The notes beneath the pieces were generated by a model. That model was not told the origin of the DNA and did not search any database. It worked only from the letters and a program-made list of their open reading frames with translations. This document shows, piece by piece, positions 25,405 through 38,879 of a stretch of 64,000 nt of DNA. Every line of letters starts with the position of its first letter. Within the stretch, counting starts at the first letter, position 1. Origin of the DNA: Eledone cirrhosa (taxonomy: Eukaryota). The stretch is from positions 95,418,001 through 95,482,000 of the forward strand of contig OZ024745.1 in NCBI GenBank assembly GCA_964016885.1, in the 5' to 3' direction. A program made the translations under genes and the position numbers.

Positions 25405-26140
25405 GAGATCAACATTTTATATTGTCAATAGGTGAATATTTAATATCTTCCAAAGATCAACATTTAATACCTATCAACAGTCAATGTCTTCCAATGGTGA
25501 ACATTCAATATCCCCAATAGGTCAACATTCAATGTTTTTAACATCTGAACATTTGATATCTCCAACAGGAAAATATTTCTTTATCAAGTCGATATCCAAC
25601 ATTTACAACTGGTCATTTTTTGATACTTTCAACTGGTAAAAATTTGATAACTTCAACAGGTGAACATTTGATATCTTTAACAGATCAATATTTGATACCT
25701 CCAGATATCAGATCAATATTGGATATCTTTAACAGATCAACATTTGATATCTTTAACAGATCAACATTTAATACCTTCAGATATCAGATCAACATTGGAT
25801 ATCTTTAACAGATTAACATTTGATATCTTTAACATATATCAGAACAACATTGGATATCCTTAACAGATCAACATTTGATACCATCAGATATCAGATCAAC
25901 ATTGGATGTCTTTAACAGATCAACATCTGATATCTTTAACGGATCAACATTCTATATCATTGTTCAGTTACATTTGATATCTCTATCAGGTGAACATTTG
26001 ATATCTTTATGTGAACATTCGATATCGCTACCTGGTGAAATTTTAATATCATTATGAAGTCAACATTCTATATCTCTACCAGGTTAACTTTCTATATGTC
26101 TACCAAGTCAAAATTAAATATCTTCAACAGGACAACATTC
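25405..26140. repeat. Degenerate ~24-bp minisatellite
   Basis: Core unit aacagatcaacatttgatatcttt, homogeneous in the centre and decayed at the edges. Confidence 0.9.
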
Positions 26141-26157
26141 TTCATTTGAAAGGTTGG

Positions 26158-26306
26158 CCATATTTTCCGGAGTCGAAGATGCTACTTTTTTCCTAAAATA
26201 AGTCCTGGAGGCTGAAGGTTGTTTATTATCTTTTTTCAAATTTTTGGTTGGTAAAATTAGGCTGCATCCTAGAGGATGAAGCATCTTCAGCGCTGGGAAA
26301 TACGGT
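26158..26306. mobile_element. Tc1/pogo-like MITE
   Basis: TIR-like ends ccatattttcc ... gggaaatacgg-TA. Confidence 0.6.
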
Positions 26307-26797
26307 AAATAAAAATTTGTTCACACACACACGTAAGATTACAAATTTTACAGTGTGGAGCATAATCAATTATCTTGAACCCAGTATCGACTGGTACTCT
26401 GTTTCATCAATCCCATAAAGGCAAACACAGTCGACCACATGATCAAATGTGTATCTTACAAAAGCTATATAGAAAACTGAAGAAATCCACAAAAATGTTA
26501 ATTTACTTAATCAAGTAATAACATAGAGATTTTATGAGCAAAACCAACCAGCAGGTGACCCAGGGGTAAACGCCAAGAAAGATGGTTGGATAACATCCAT
26601 GAGCTTGGCTAGTCTTGCTTGGAGATCTAGCCAGATCAACAGGAGGGGGGGTCGGAGGAGGGGGAATAACATTTCAATAATAATCAATATGTCTTCTTCA
26701 TTATATATTAAAAATTAACTTTTTAAACTTCTTCCCCTTTAAAAGATAATCATTTTTGAGAAGATTATATTTGCATTTCATTATTAATAATTATTAT

Positions 26798-27030
26798 TCC
26801 CGCCGAGGTTAGCTTTGCCTTTCATCCTTACGGGGTCGATAAAATAAAGTACCAGTAATACACTGGGATAATTGCTGGCCTTGTGCCAAAAGTAGAAACA
26901 ATTATTATTATTGAGTTCAAATCTTGCCGAGGTTAACGTTGCCTTTCATCCTTACGGAGTTGATAAAATAAAGTACCAGTAATGCACTGGGTAATTGCTG
27001 GCCTTGTGCCAAAAGTAGAAACAATTACTA
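26798..27030 (+). mobile_element. Two tandem 5'-truncated SINE family A copies
   Basis: Two repeats of ...ccgaggttaxcxttgcctttcatccttacgg...gtagaaacaatt. Confidence 0.9.
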
Positions 27031-27369
27031 ATAATTATTTCATTTGATTTTAACATATTACACTATATTACACTATAATAATTGATTGGATCAGTCCAGT
27101 ATACAGGAAGGGCACCTGGAACTAAAACATTGCTTCAAGAAGCATCCTATGATGACTTTGATGCCTGAAATGGGGCTTGCAAGGCTAACCGTAGCTTTAG
27201 CAGGGTAAATGGCCTAAAACGTTTGTTGTAGTAGTCAGTTTGATCTCTGGTATTTATTTCAACTTTATGGAGTTTGAACTTAGAATGTAGAGGAATGAAA
27301 TTAAATACTGTAAAGCATTTTGTCTTATGACCTAATAGTTCTACCAAATAACCTAAGTTTACTTGCAGA

Positions 27370-27514
27370 TTTAACCCTTTAGCATTTAAACCTGGACGTA
27401 TCCGGCCAGAATTCTCTCCCTCACCACTTTCTGTTCAAACCGGGTGTAACTGGCCACTCATACTGATGATAAAATAGTGTTCTCACAATAAATAATATAA
27501 ATGCTAAAGGGTTA
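27370..27514. mobile_element. piggyBac-like MITE
   Basis: ttaaccccttttagcattta ... aaatgctaaagggttaa. Confidence 0.75.
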
Positions 27515-27688
27515 AAATAAATTTCTTCTATAATTGCAAAGAAAACTAAGACTACAGAAACCTAATATAAACTGTGCAACAGATATCTGTATTTCTTCAT
27601 GTATCTTAAGAATTTAGAATGTATCAAGAATTTAGAATGAGGTTTTAGGCGATGCAGGAACAATAAAACAAGCATATCATCATATCCA

Positions 27689-27689
<1 letters not shown>

Positions 27690-27719
<30 letters not shown>

Positions 27720-28070
27720 CCATCACCATCATCATCATCATCATCATCAATAGTTTTAAGCCTGTTTTTCCATGCTTCTATGGGTTAGCTGAGTCCACTT
27801 TAGTACATCTGCTCACTTGTAATTTCCTTCAGCTTACTCTTCTACAGCTTTCTTCCATTTGGAACTCCTAGCACTCGTTCAACCTATGATCATTATCCAT
27901 ATGCATTACATGTCTATACCAGCATAATCCTTTCTCTAAAATGCAATATCCGATTCCTCTTCTGCTCAATTTTCCTCTCAGTTCATCCATGCTTCATCTT
28001 TCATGCACATCCAATTATTATATTACACATCCAATAGAGCATACTTGATTCGTGTCTCTTTAGCATCCAA
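27690..28070 (-). mobile_element. Decayed RTE LINE 3' fragment with (GAT)n tail
   Basis: (CAT)n plus tttttccatgct...gggtt tail; remnant similarity to the RTE C-terminus at 57100-57480. Confidence 0.5.
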
Positions 28071-28469
28071 ATATATTTTTATTCACTCATTTATCTTTCT
28101 TTTGTAGTTTCATGAATTATCTTATCATGAACAACAAACACATAAATTATAAAGTGAGGGTGGGAATAGTATGATAATCAAGTTATCACATAGCTGAAAT
28201 ATTATTAGAAGAATAGGTGTTGTTTTTTTTTTTGTTTTTCTGTTTGGATATGAATTGTTTGAATCTTCACCCATTTAGAATATTCCATTATCATCCTGCT
28301 TCATCTGGCAGCAGATGGTATAAAAAATTACTTACATACGTCATCACAGATACTGTAATATAGACTTTAATATAAACCAACACAGCAGTGAACTAGATAA
28401 ACCAGAGGTGAGAGTAAATTATTAGAAATAAATGCAGAAAACAGAAAGAAAAATAAATCATATATATAT

Positions 28470-28559
28470 TTATTATATATATATATATATATTCACACAC
28501 ACAAATATATATATATATAGATAGATATATATATACATATATCAATATATATATGTGTT

Positions 28560-28603
<44 letters not shown>

Positions 28604-28676
28604 CATATGTGTACATGTGTGTGTATGTGTGTGCATATGAAAATATGTGCAAATATTTGCATATGTATGTATATAC

Positions 28677-28714
<38 letters not shown>

Positions 28715-29287
28715 AGCTTCTACCTCCGATTCAACCCGGAATAACTTACCTATATATATATATATATATATATATACATTATATTTATATATCTATATAT
28801 ATATATGCATATATATATATTTGTCATATATATATATATATATGCATATATATACTTGTTATATATATACATCATATATATATATATACAGCGTGGAAGA
28901 ACGGACGTAAAACGTTGATGATGATAATATGTATATATATAATTTATATAGAGAATTTATCTTCTTGAAATAGATACTTTGGAAGAAACATGTAGAATTT
29001 TGTTGGAGAGATAACGTTTATGTTCTTTTTTTTTTTATTTTGATATTTTTTTTGTTTTGTTTTGTTTTTGTTTCCTTCTAACCTGTTGGCAGAAGTGTTA
29101 ACTCATAAGCTGAGCTGAAATCTCTAATGTTTCTGTTAAAGTGAAGATTTATTAGGACAGTGAAGGAGATATTGAAGGGAAATTATATGAAAACATTAAA
29201 CTTAAAGTTTAAATCATTTAATTTTAGAGATATAAATGAGTGAAGTAATGGAAATAATGTTCACATATACATAGTTCTATATACAGA

Positions 29288-29324
<37 letters not shown>

Positions 29325-29326
29325 GC

Positions 29327-29368
<42 letters not shown>

Positions 29369-29372
29369 TATG

Positions 29373-29428
<56 letters not shown>

Positions 29429-29482
29429 AATCTTAGACGGGAACAAAAACAGAGAGGCAGTACAAATATGAATTTATTATAT

Positions 29483-29536
<54 letters not shown>

Positions 29537-29654
29537 TTACATACATATTTATATACTTACATACATATATACATATATATGTATATATATATATATATAT
29601 ACATATATACATACATATATATATATATATACATACATACATATATATATATAT

Positions 29655-29695
<41 letters not shown>

Positions 29696-29750
29696 TACAT
29701 ATATATATATATATACATATATATATACATACATATATATATACATATTG
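28470..29750. repeat. (TA)n/(TG)n-rich microsatellite blocks (28470-28890 and 29280-29750)
   Basis: Directly visible; they generate the spurious YI/CV-rich ORFs in the track. Confidence 0.9.
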
Positions 29751-30072
29751 AAAATGGTAATGCTAATTATAATTTGTGGGCACTGGTTACCATCTTGTGA
29801 GATATAGTAGCAACAGAAGCAAGAGATGAGATAAAAACCAGAGTGACATATAAACCACAATATGAGTCAGCACATCCACATAATGGTGCAGTTTGTTATA
29901 TTGGCTATACCTACCATAAGTAGTAAACCATCATGTCATGTATCATAGGAGGGTTATGATGCTATTTACTAAGCATCAGTTTAAAATTGTATGATTGGTT
30001 GCTATCATACCTGATGTATTCAGCCTAAATGGAAAGTTTATTATTTAATATTTCAATAACAAATTAATATTA

Positions 30073-30289
30073 CACCCTTTAGCATTCACATAACTCTATA
30101 TATACTATTATATTTTCACAGAAAAGGCTTTACCTCACATAATTATTTTACCTAATATCAAACGTATGAGATTTTCATATTATTTATTTTGTGAACAATA
30201 CCTTAATAAGTATGAGCAGCCGGTTATTTGAAGAGAAAGAGATGAGAGAATTGTGGTTAGATATGGCCAATTTAAATGCTAAAGGGTTA
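30073..30289. mobile_element. piggyBac-like MITE
   Basis: cccttttagcatt ... aaatgctaaagggttaa. Confidence 0.75.
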
Positions 30290-31706
30290 AAAGAACATTT
30301 CTTGATTTACTACATCAAATCTGCTAGCAACCACTTTAGTATAAGGTGTCCCTAGGTAATCCCCTCTTCCCTACAGCCATTATTTTATGATGTGATTAAA
30401 CTTCTCAGGTCTGTCAAATGTTATTATAGTTTACTATAACAGTTAAGCTGTGTTGGTTTGGTTTTCCTACAAATAAACCATAATACAGTTCACCATAATT
30501 AAAATGTTTTTTTCAAATATATTCAAGGGCTTAACTATATTGGGGATTTTTCAACTAAACAATGTTTTGTTGGGGTTTTTTAAACCTTTCTTTATGACCA
30601 TTTTAAATGTTTTGTTTTTTTTTGTTTTTAGAATTATTTATTTATTTATTTATTTATTATTCTTTCTTCTTTTGGCCTCTCTCTAACTATGAAATTTTTT
30701 TTTCTTCGTTTTTCTTTTTTTTTTTTGCAATATATAAACCCTGGAATAACTTACCATTGCAGGTAAATTAAGCTCTATTTTACTACCATAGTTTAAACCA
30801 TGAAATTTTTAACCATCATAACAAAGCTGAAATTAGATTTTCTTGTTTTATTACCTTCTTTTTTGATTAATTTCTAATAATTTCCGCTTACAATATGGCA
30901 AAAATAAAAAAAATTAAAATCAAAATCAAAACAAAATGGCAAGATGCAAAAGCAAAAATGTTTATGAATGGATTAACTGTGTGCAATGAATCCATTGATT
31001 TTACATGCTATATAAGTATTTTAAAGTATATTTCTTGCATTTTATTTTCCTTTATAATTTACATGTATTTTTCTCAAAAAATTTCTGAATATCTACATTA
31101 TGAATAACAATACAAAGTAAACTTGTCTGCGCGGAAATTGTTCCACAGGTTGTTGTTTTTTTTTCTTCTTTTGTTCAACATATTATTTTCTTATATTCCA
31201 ATTTTTTTGTTTTTTTTGTTTTGCTTATTTTTGGCTATTTTTGTATATATGACAAGATTTTTATGACAATGTTAACAACTGAATTATGTTTGGAGATTAA
31301 GTATACAAATGCTTCTGTACAGATATGGTGTCATAGGCATAGAATGTTAACATATTTCTGCATGTACACATACACACGTCTAATATATAAACATATACAT
31401 AGATACATACATACGTATATATATATATTCATATAAACAAACAAACGCAGGAGTAAATGTTACATGGTGTTATTAGCTTCACGCTTTGTGAGAGTGGGGG
31501 GGAAGGTGTTGTTTATGATGTTTGGGACATAAGTCCTTCATCAGGAGATGATATATATATGTATGTATGAATGTATATGTATATTTATATATATACATAT
31601 ATGTTTATATACATATATGTACATGTATATATGCATATGTATTTATATATATATGTGTGTGTGTATGTGTGCATATGTGGATATTCATACATATATACAG
31701 TATATG

Positions 31707-31780
<74 letters not shown>

Positions 31781-31919
31781 TTATACATATGTGTGTGTGT
31801 GCATTCAAGGCTGAGTCTGTATTATTTCCATACGTCAATATTTTCCGGCTCAAATTACATTTATAATTGTTTTATCTGAATACTAATTGCTGCATTATTC
31901 TAAATCATTAATAATATAT

Positions 31920-32260
31920 ATCATCATCATCATTTCATTTTACGTCCACTTTTCCCTGCTTGCAAGGGTGGGATGGGAACTGATTCTGGCTTGATTTCTA
32001 CAGCTGGATGCCCTTCCTAACACCAACCTCATTTACGGTGAGTGGTGGGTGCTTTTTTGCCGTGGCACCTCCCGACCACTTTGCAGTGGAATGATAGGGA
32101 CCCCAGTCCCTATCATCTCATTTCTACAGCTGAGTAAACTGGAGCAATGTGAAATAAAGTGTCTTGCTCAAGGAAACAACACATCACCCGGTCTGAGAAT
32201 TGAACTTACAACCTTTCGATTGCAAGGCCAATGATCTAACCACTAAGCCATGTGCCTCCA
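31920..32260 (-). mobile_element. Young CORE-type SINE with RTE-derived 3' tail
   Basis: Near-identical reverse complement of 62215-62557. Confidence 0.9.
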
Positions 32261-32283
32261 TCGTATTTACATGTATATAGCAT

Positions 32284-32500
32284 ATAATGATTTCTAGTAT
32301 AGGCACAAGGCCAGTAATTTGGAGGAAGGGGAAAGTCGATTAAATCAACCCCAATACATTACTGGTACTTTATTTATCGACCCCGTAAGGATGAAAGGCA
32401 AAGTTAACCTCGGCGGGATTTGAACTCAGACCGTAAAGGACTGTAACTCTATGCTGCAAAGCATGGTGTCCAACTCTCTACCAATACTGCCAATCCACAA
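32284..32500 (-). mobile_element. SINE family A, longer variant
   Basis: Family head and domain; flanked by the duplication tgtatatagcatataatga. Confidence 0.9.
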
Positions 32501-33516
32501 CCCTTGTATATAGCATATAATGAACATATATGCGTATATGTATACATATACACATAGAGCTGCAGTCCAGAGTCAAGTGAAGATCAAGAGTAACCACATG
32601 TAAACTGGAAAGTCTTCAAGCACTCAAAGCTCTCTGCCAATCAGGCAGCATAATCTGTGGTAACTCCATCTTCATAACATAACACCTCTACAGAGGGTCA
32701 GTGATGGGTAAAAATGATGACATTCTTAGGGAGACTCTGGGCATTAATGTAAATTAATCAGCCATGCTTTTCTGGAGAACTTTTGTCCCAGGGAACCTTG
32801 AATAACTTTCAGACTTTAAAGCACATAAGTTTTGTATTTGATTCATTCTGATGAGTTATTCTTACAGCAATAAATATTCATTCTTGTTAGTTTAATGAAA
32901 CATTTGTAAATCCATTAAACGCTTTAATAATAATCCTTGTTTAATCTTTGATTCTGATATATATGCTCTGTGAAATTATAATACTACTGTAATTGGAAAT
33001 TTACGCATTGGATTAAACTCTGGACTATTTATTATCAATGTTGTTGTGGACTATAAAATTATATTAAGCTTTACAATTTTCTTTGCCAGTATATGGTAGT
33101 ATTATCAACTCATTTAAACCTTATATATATATATATATGTGTGTGTGTATGCATATATGTGTGTATATATATATATATATTTGAAAAAAAGTAAAAGAAT
33201 GACTTCACTTGTAGTGCTAAATATTTTTATTTAATTTTATAATATAATATTATGAGTTGGTAGATCTAATAAGTTCTTTGTTAACTTTGGTGGGAAGAAT
33301 TTTGAAGATTCGTGGTTAACTTTGTTGGAGAACTTTCTCGCATTCGTCGGTGGTGCAAGAACTTACTAGATCTACCAACTCATAATATTATAATATTGTA
33401 AAATTAAATAAAATTATTTAGCACTACAAGTGAAGTCATTCTTTTCCTTTTTTTCAAATATATCTAACTGTACCAAGGATATATATATATATATATGTGT
33501 GTGTATATATATATAA

Positions 33517-33550
<34 letters not shown>

Positions 33551-33815
33551 TGCATTGCCATAATAAAAATGCACTCAGCCTAATCTGCTAATTGGTAGTG
33601 TTGGTGCCATAAAAAGTCTACACTGTAAGGTGGTTGGCATTTGGAAGAGCATCCAGCTGTGGGAAAGTAAGCCAAAAATGGTGTTCACCTGACCAATCTG
33701 GCATTGTACCATGACTGACTGTCTAACTCATGCAAGCATGGGAGAATTATACATTAGACACTAATAGTAATAATATATATGCATGAGTATGTATATATAT
33801 ACATATATACATATG

Positions 33816-33847
<32 letters not shown>

Positions 33848-34506
33848 GTACAAATTTTCTTTGACTAAGAACGTAAAAAAATGTTGATGCAGAATTTATA
33901 TCATTGGAAATTCATTTCTCTACACTATATGCAGCTCTTTTTTGATATTGATGTCTAACACAGCCACAAGGCTTCGAACATGTGGAGAGCATTATTGTGA
34001 AATATATCCACTGAAGTACTTGGCTTATATTGATTCAGAAGGGTGGAAAGCAAAGTTAACTAAATATCGCAAGGTGGTTTGTCCAGTGCACTCTCATTTC
34101 TGCTAATCCACCATAACTTATCATATTTAATAATATTGATTTCCTTTGTTTAGGCACAATTCTAATCAATTTATACATTCAGTTGGTAAAAACTGACTTT
34201 GTGTCTTTTCAATATAAATCAATAAATTTTGACTGGTTATATAAATTTTAATAAACATTAAAGAAGGAAAAACAATTACATTTATCTAGTAATAATTTAC
34301 TTGAAAATATTTAAGAAATGATATACATTTAGAAATTTTAGTGGAAAGATTATTGTCTATAAATCAAAGAGATCAGATATTTTTGGATAAAGAAAATGGT
34401 AAGAGCAGAGAAGGCATCAATGAAAAGACACTTTGGAACACTTACAGCTGAATTAGAATAATATTGGATGGTATTATATAATATAGAAACAGATTGTCTG
34501 TGACTT

Positions 34507-34560
<54 letters not shown>

Positions 34561-36039
34561 CATGTGTGTGCATGTGCATGAATATATAAGTATGTTTTCA
34601 GAGAGAATGCAGTATGTATATATATCAATATATATATATATACATGATGATATATATATATATATTATATCTATATTTACATATATACACACATACAAAT
34701 ATATAAATGTATATAGGGAGAGGAAGAAGAGAGAGTGGGCGAGAGAGAGCGTGTGTATGTGTGTATATGCATGTATATGAGAAAGAGAAGGGGAGGAGAA
34801 AAGAGAGATGAGATGTTCAAACATTGAGAAAGTCACATATAATGAAATGATATGCAAATATGCCTGCTATAGTTTAATGACACAATGTCATACGATTAAT
34901 GTGTACAAACATAGTTTAGTATGATATCTGAATACAGTTTCCGAGCATATGTATACAATCTCACAAAACATACGTATTTATGAATTTATGGTTATACAGA
35001 CATACATATATATTCATATGTATTACATTAGGATGAGAGGAAAAATAAACCAAAGAATGTTAAAACTCTCCTGTTTTAGATATTCTTATAATATCTACAG
35101 TATATATTAAAAAAAAAATTAACAATTTTTACTTTCGTTTTATTATAAGCTAGGTAACTAATCCATTCCTTGGTTAGTTTAGAAATTGGATGGTTATTTA
35201 ATTGTCAAAGCTCTTTTGTCACACATTCTGTGATCTTTCAAAAAAGGGAAGCAAGAATATTCATTGAGAAGTGTGATGAAAGAGCTTTAACAATTAAATA
35301 TAACAACTAAATAACCATCCAGTTACTAAACTAACCGAGGAATGGATTAGTTATCTAACTATTTTTAGTTCTCTTTCAAAGCTTGGCAAAAAATTTAGAA
35401 TTGCTAAAAATGTTATTTTGGAGACATTTTTTTAATTTTTCAAATTTTCTTCTATTTTTTTTAAATTATTTTTATTTTTTATTTTATTTTTTAAATTTCT
35501 ATATAATAAAATATTGTGCAGTGAGTATATATAGGTAATATAACTTATTATTTCAGTGATAAAGGAACGGTGTAGTTATAGAATCTAAGGTAAGGTATTA
35601 TTGGATGAAGCAAGAAATAACGAGCTAACCATCAGCAATATTTTCTATGTTTAAAAAGCATACTTTTCAAGATTATTTGAAAAATGCTATTGATATTGCA
35701 ATGTGGAAAGTAAATATAGGCAGAAAACATTTTACGAGATTCTACGATATGTCTCTGCACATGTTTTGTAGTATTATAACCCGTCAGGGTTGCAGACACT
35801 AGCTAGCTATTATTAGTTCACTCACTGAAAGTAAGACAGCACTAATTTGAGGACTAGCACCAGATGAGTAACTCACTATCACCCATCTCATTAAACCAGT
35901 CGATTGTTGTCATCAGTTAAAGTTACTTAGAAGTGAACCATCGGGTGCTCTCATCATCAACACAAGTATAAAACTGTGATGCATGGATCCCAATGCATGT
36001 ATCACAATTAGCACAATTAGGGTGACATGCATACTCTGA

Positions 36040-36520
36040 TATAAGTATCACACATACAGAGACTTATGTTATAGATCCTGATGTAAGTGTCATACATTTC
36101 ATATTTACGTAACATTATGTAGCACATACACCCTGATGTGTGTATCACATATTTCACATTTATGTAATAATATGTGAAACACACATCCTGATGTTTCTAT
36201 CACATATTTCACATTAATGTAATATTATGTGATATATAATCCTGATGTATATATCACATATATGTAATATTACATGATACACACATCCTGATGTATGTAT
36301 CACATATTTCACATTCATGTAATATTATGTGATATATAAATCCAGATGTAAATATCGCATATTTCACATTCTGATATAAATATCATAGGTAACACAGTTA
36401 AGTGAAATCTGGTGATATGTGTATGCTGATGCAAGTATCATACATTTTAAACAAAAGTATGTGATACATACATCCTGATGTGAATAACACAAAATACACA
36501 GTTGTATGAAATTATGTGAT
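36040..36520. repeat. Degenerate ~55-60-bp tandem repeat
   Basis: Recurrent atcctgatgt..tatcacatatttcacatt.atgtaatattatgtga. Confidence 0.8.
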
Positions 36521-37077
36521 ACAAACATTCTAAATGAGCATATAGCTCTCTTGTTATATTTTTTCATATCTTTTTTCAAAAACCATCTCCTCATTCTTCC
36601 CTGCCAAATCAACCTATATTTAATGATATAATTTCATTTACAGTGTTGATTGGTGTCTAATTATCGTTTGGTTAATGACATTTACATATAACTTTATGAT
36701 ATTTTTAATCAGTTTCTTCATTTCTTGTTTTGATCCATTTAGTTTTTCATAATGGAAAAAAAAAAATTAAAATACAACTCATCATCAGAGTATTTGGCCA
36801 ATAGAGACACTCAGAGAAGGAAATCCAAGTCTTTCAATTGACTCACAATGTACAGACCAAGCAGAAACAACAGATAATAAACAACAACAAAAATTCAATA
36901 TGGACCATGTCTTGCTATAGCTGTCAGTCAATGAGAAAATACTTGAACTTGTACACAAAAGACAAATTGACAATGACAAAACAGGTTCAATATATGTGGA
37001 TTAATCATTGTCAAGAAAAAAAAAAAAAATGAAACCATATTTTTCTGATATCTTATTTATTATTTTTTCTTTCTTAG

Positions 37078-37182
37078 AATGGCTCATGCATTGTTGGAAA
37101 ATTTAGCGTATGATACTGGAGGTTTAAGTTTCTTATTGCAAGCAATCAGTTTAGGTGAAGCTTGTCTAGAAGCTGCCATGAG
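37078..37182 (+). CDS. Putative coding exon, helical repeat-like (TPR/ARM-type) protein, unidentified; may be a pseudo-exon
   Basis: Acceptor ttattttttctttcttag, 105 nt, symmetric phase 2-2, open frame MAHALLENLAYDTGGLSFLLQAISLGEACLEAAM, donor AG|gtaaaa. Confidence 0.5.
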
Positions 37183-37731
37183 GTAAAAAAAAGTGGAAGT
37201 TGCTTTAATAGATTACTCTCATTTCTCTTCTGTCAATTTATTTTACTATATATAAGCTGAAAAAAAAAAAAAAAAAGAAAAAAGAATTAAGAAATGTGCA
37301 TGTGTGTGTATATATATATATATACACATATGTATGTGTGTGTGTGTTTGTATGTATGAAATTTGGTTTATAAATATTCTAAGAGTATGACCATGGTGTT
37401 TCAGCAATGATTGTATTCAATAAACTTCATCAGAGAAATACATATGAAAATTTATTATCTGATGAAACTTAGTGAAGACATACTTGGCTGAAACTGTGTG
37501 GCCATGTTATAAGAATATGAATAAATCTAATCATATGATACACTGTTTTTAACTTTGAATTATTTCTTATTTGAACACTATTACTATCACCAGGTTGGAA
37601 CTCCACATATATAAATATACACAAGTGTATATGTCTATATATATATATGTGCGTGTGTGTATGTGTGTGTATATATAAGTTATTCTGAGTTCAGAAAATA
37701 TATAAATACCACCATATTTACTTGGACAGTC

Positions 37732-37782
37732 AGCTTCCTGATGATTTTGTATGAATGAAACAGTTCTAGTCCTGTAGAAGCT
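37732..37782 (+). ncRNA. Type I hammerhead ribozyme, intact core
   Basis: agcttc CTGATGA tttt-gtat-gaat GAAA cag-ttctagtc-ctg TA gaagct. Stem I 6 bp, weak stem II, stem III 4 bp counting A15.1-U16.1. Confidence 0.75.
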
Positions 37783-37826
37783 TTTCTATATTAAATATAT
37801 ATATATATATATATGTATACACACAC

Positions 37827-37884
<58 letters not shown>

Positions 37885-37916
37885 GGGAAGTCAATTATAT
37901 GTACAAGCATTAACAA

Positions 37917-37965
37917 TTGCTCCGAAGACTCCAAGCCTAGGTTTGGAAGAAACAATTGTAAGTGA
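37917..37965 (+). ncRNA. Hammerhead-like motif (U4C variant)
   Basis: ttgct CCGAAGA ctccaagcctaggtttggaa GAAA caattg TA agtga, then aataaa. Confidence 0.6.
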
Positions 37966-38633
37966 ATAAATGTTTTGAACATAGCTTTGATTCTTGTGAA
38001 TTCTATATAACTGCTCTGTAGAACAACTGATGTTCTTACATTGAGCTATTTATCTTACTGGTAATAAGGTAGTAATAAATTACTGACCTTCCCTATTTAT
38101 GGTTTAAAATATACATAACTATAAATAGTATCCTTAATATTATATTTATATATATATATATACATATACAGACACACCCGGACATGTACCCCCTCAAAGA
38201 AAAGAAAGGAAAGCTTGAAAGATTATAACAAGAATTATATTTTTTAGTGAACAAAACAGCAGTATTTTTAATTTAGGGTAATGTTAAATGCAGAAAATAC
38301 TATTAATAGTTTTTACAGTAGTGGAAATACTAGTCTTATATTTATTTCTTAAATATTTGTTTGGTCTGGAAGAAGTGGCTGTGACTCATGCGACCAATTA
38401 ATTCATGTGTAAATGTTTTTTTTATGGTTCAGATTTAAATCTAGTATAATGGTAATTGTAAATTATTTAACAAATATATTTTAAATAAACAGAAATAGAG
38501 AAATATCAAGCATATTGAAAACAAAACTAACTTTTAAGCATAAAAAAAAGCATGAAAAAAGTGGGAGATAAATCAGTTTGCTGCTATTAAACAGGAAATA
38601 GGCATTTGGCATAAATTTGTGTTGATATATGTA

Positions 38634-38688
<55 letters not shown>

Positions 38689-38879
38689 TATTCCCTCAAG
38701 ATTTGCTGCAACTGTGAATAATAGACTGAACTTTATGAAGTATTTTAAATGAATTTAAATTCCTTCAGATGAATATAATTTCAAAGTGATAATAATAATA
38801 ATTGTTTCTACTTTAGGCACAAGGATAGCAATTTGAAGGAGAGAGAAAAGTCGATTCAATCGACCCCAGTAATTAAGGA

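Noticed and set aside
28393-34857. Numerous YIYI/CVCV ORFs
   Set aside because: Dinucleotide microsatellite translations.
36917-36921. In-frame TAG rescued by A-to-I editing (UAG to UIG)
   Set aside because: Neighbouring fragments also have TAA, TGA and frameshifts, and the exon phase does not join to 37078; decay or chance is simpler.
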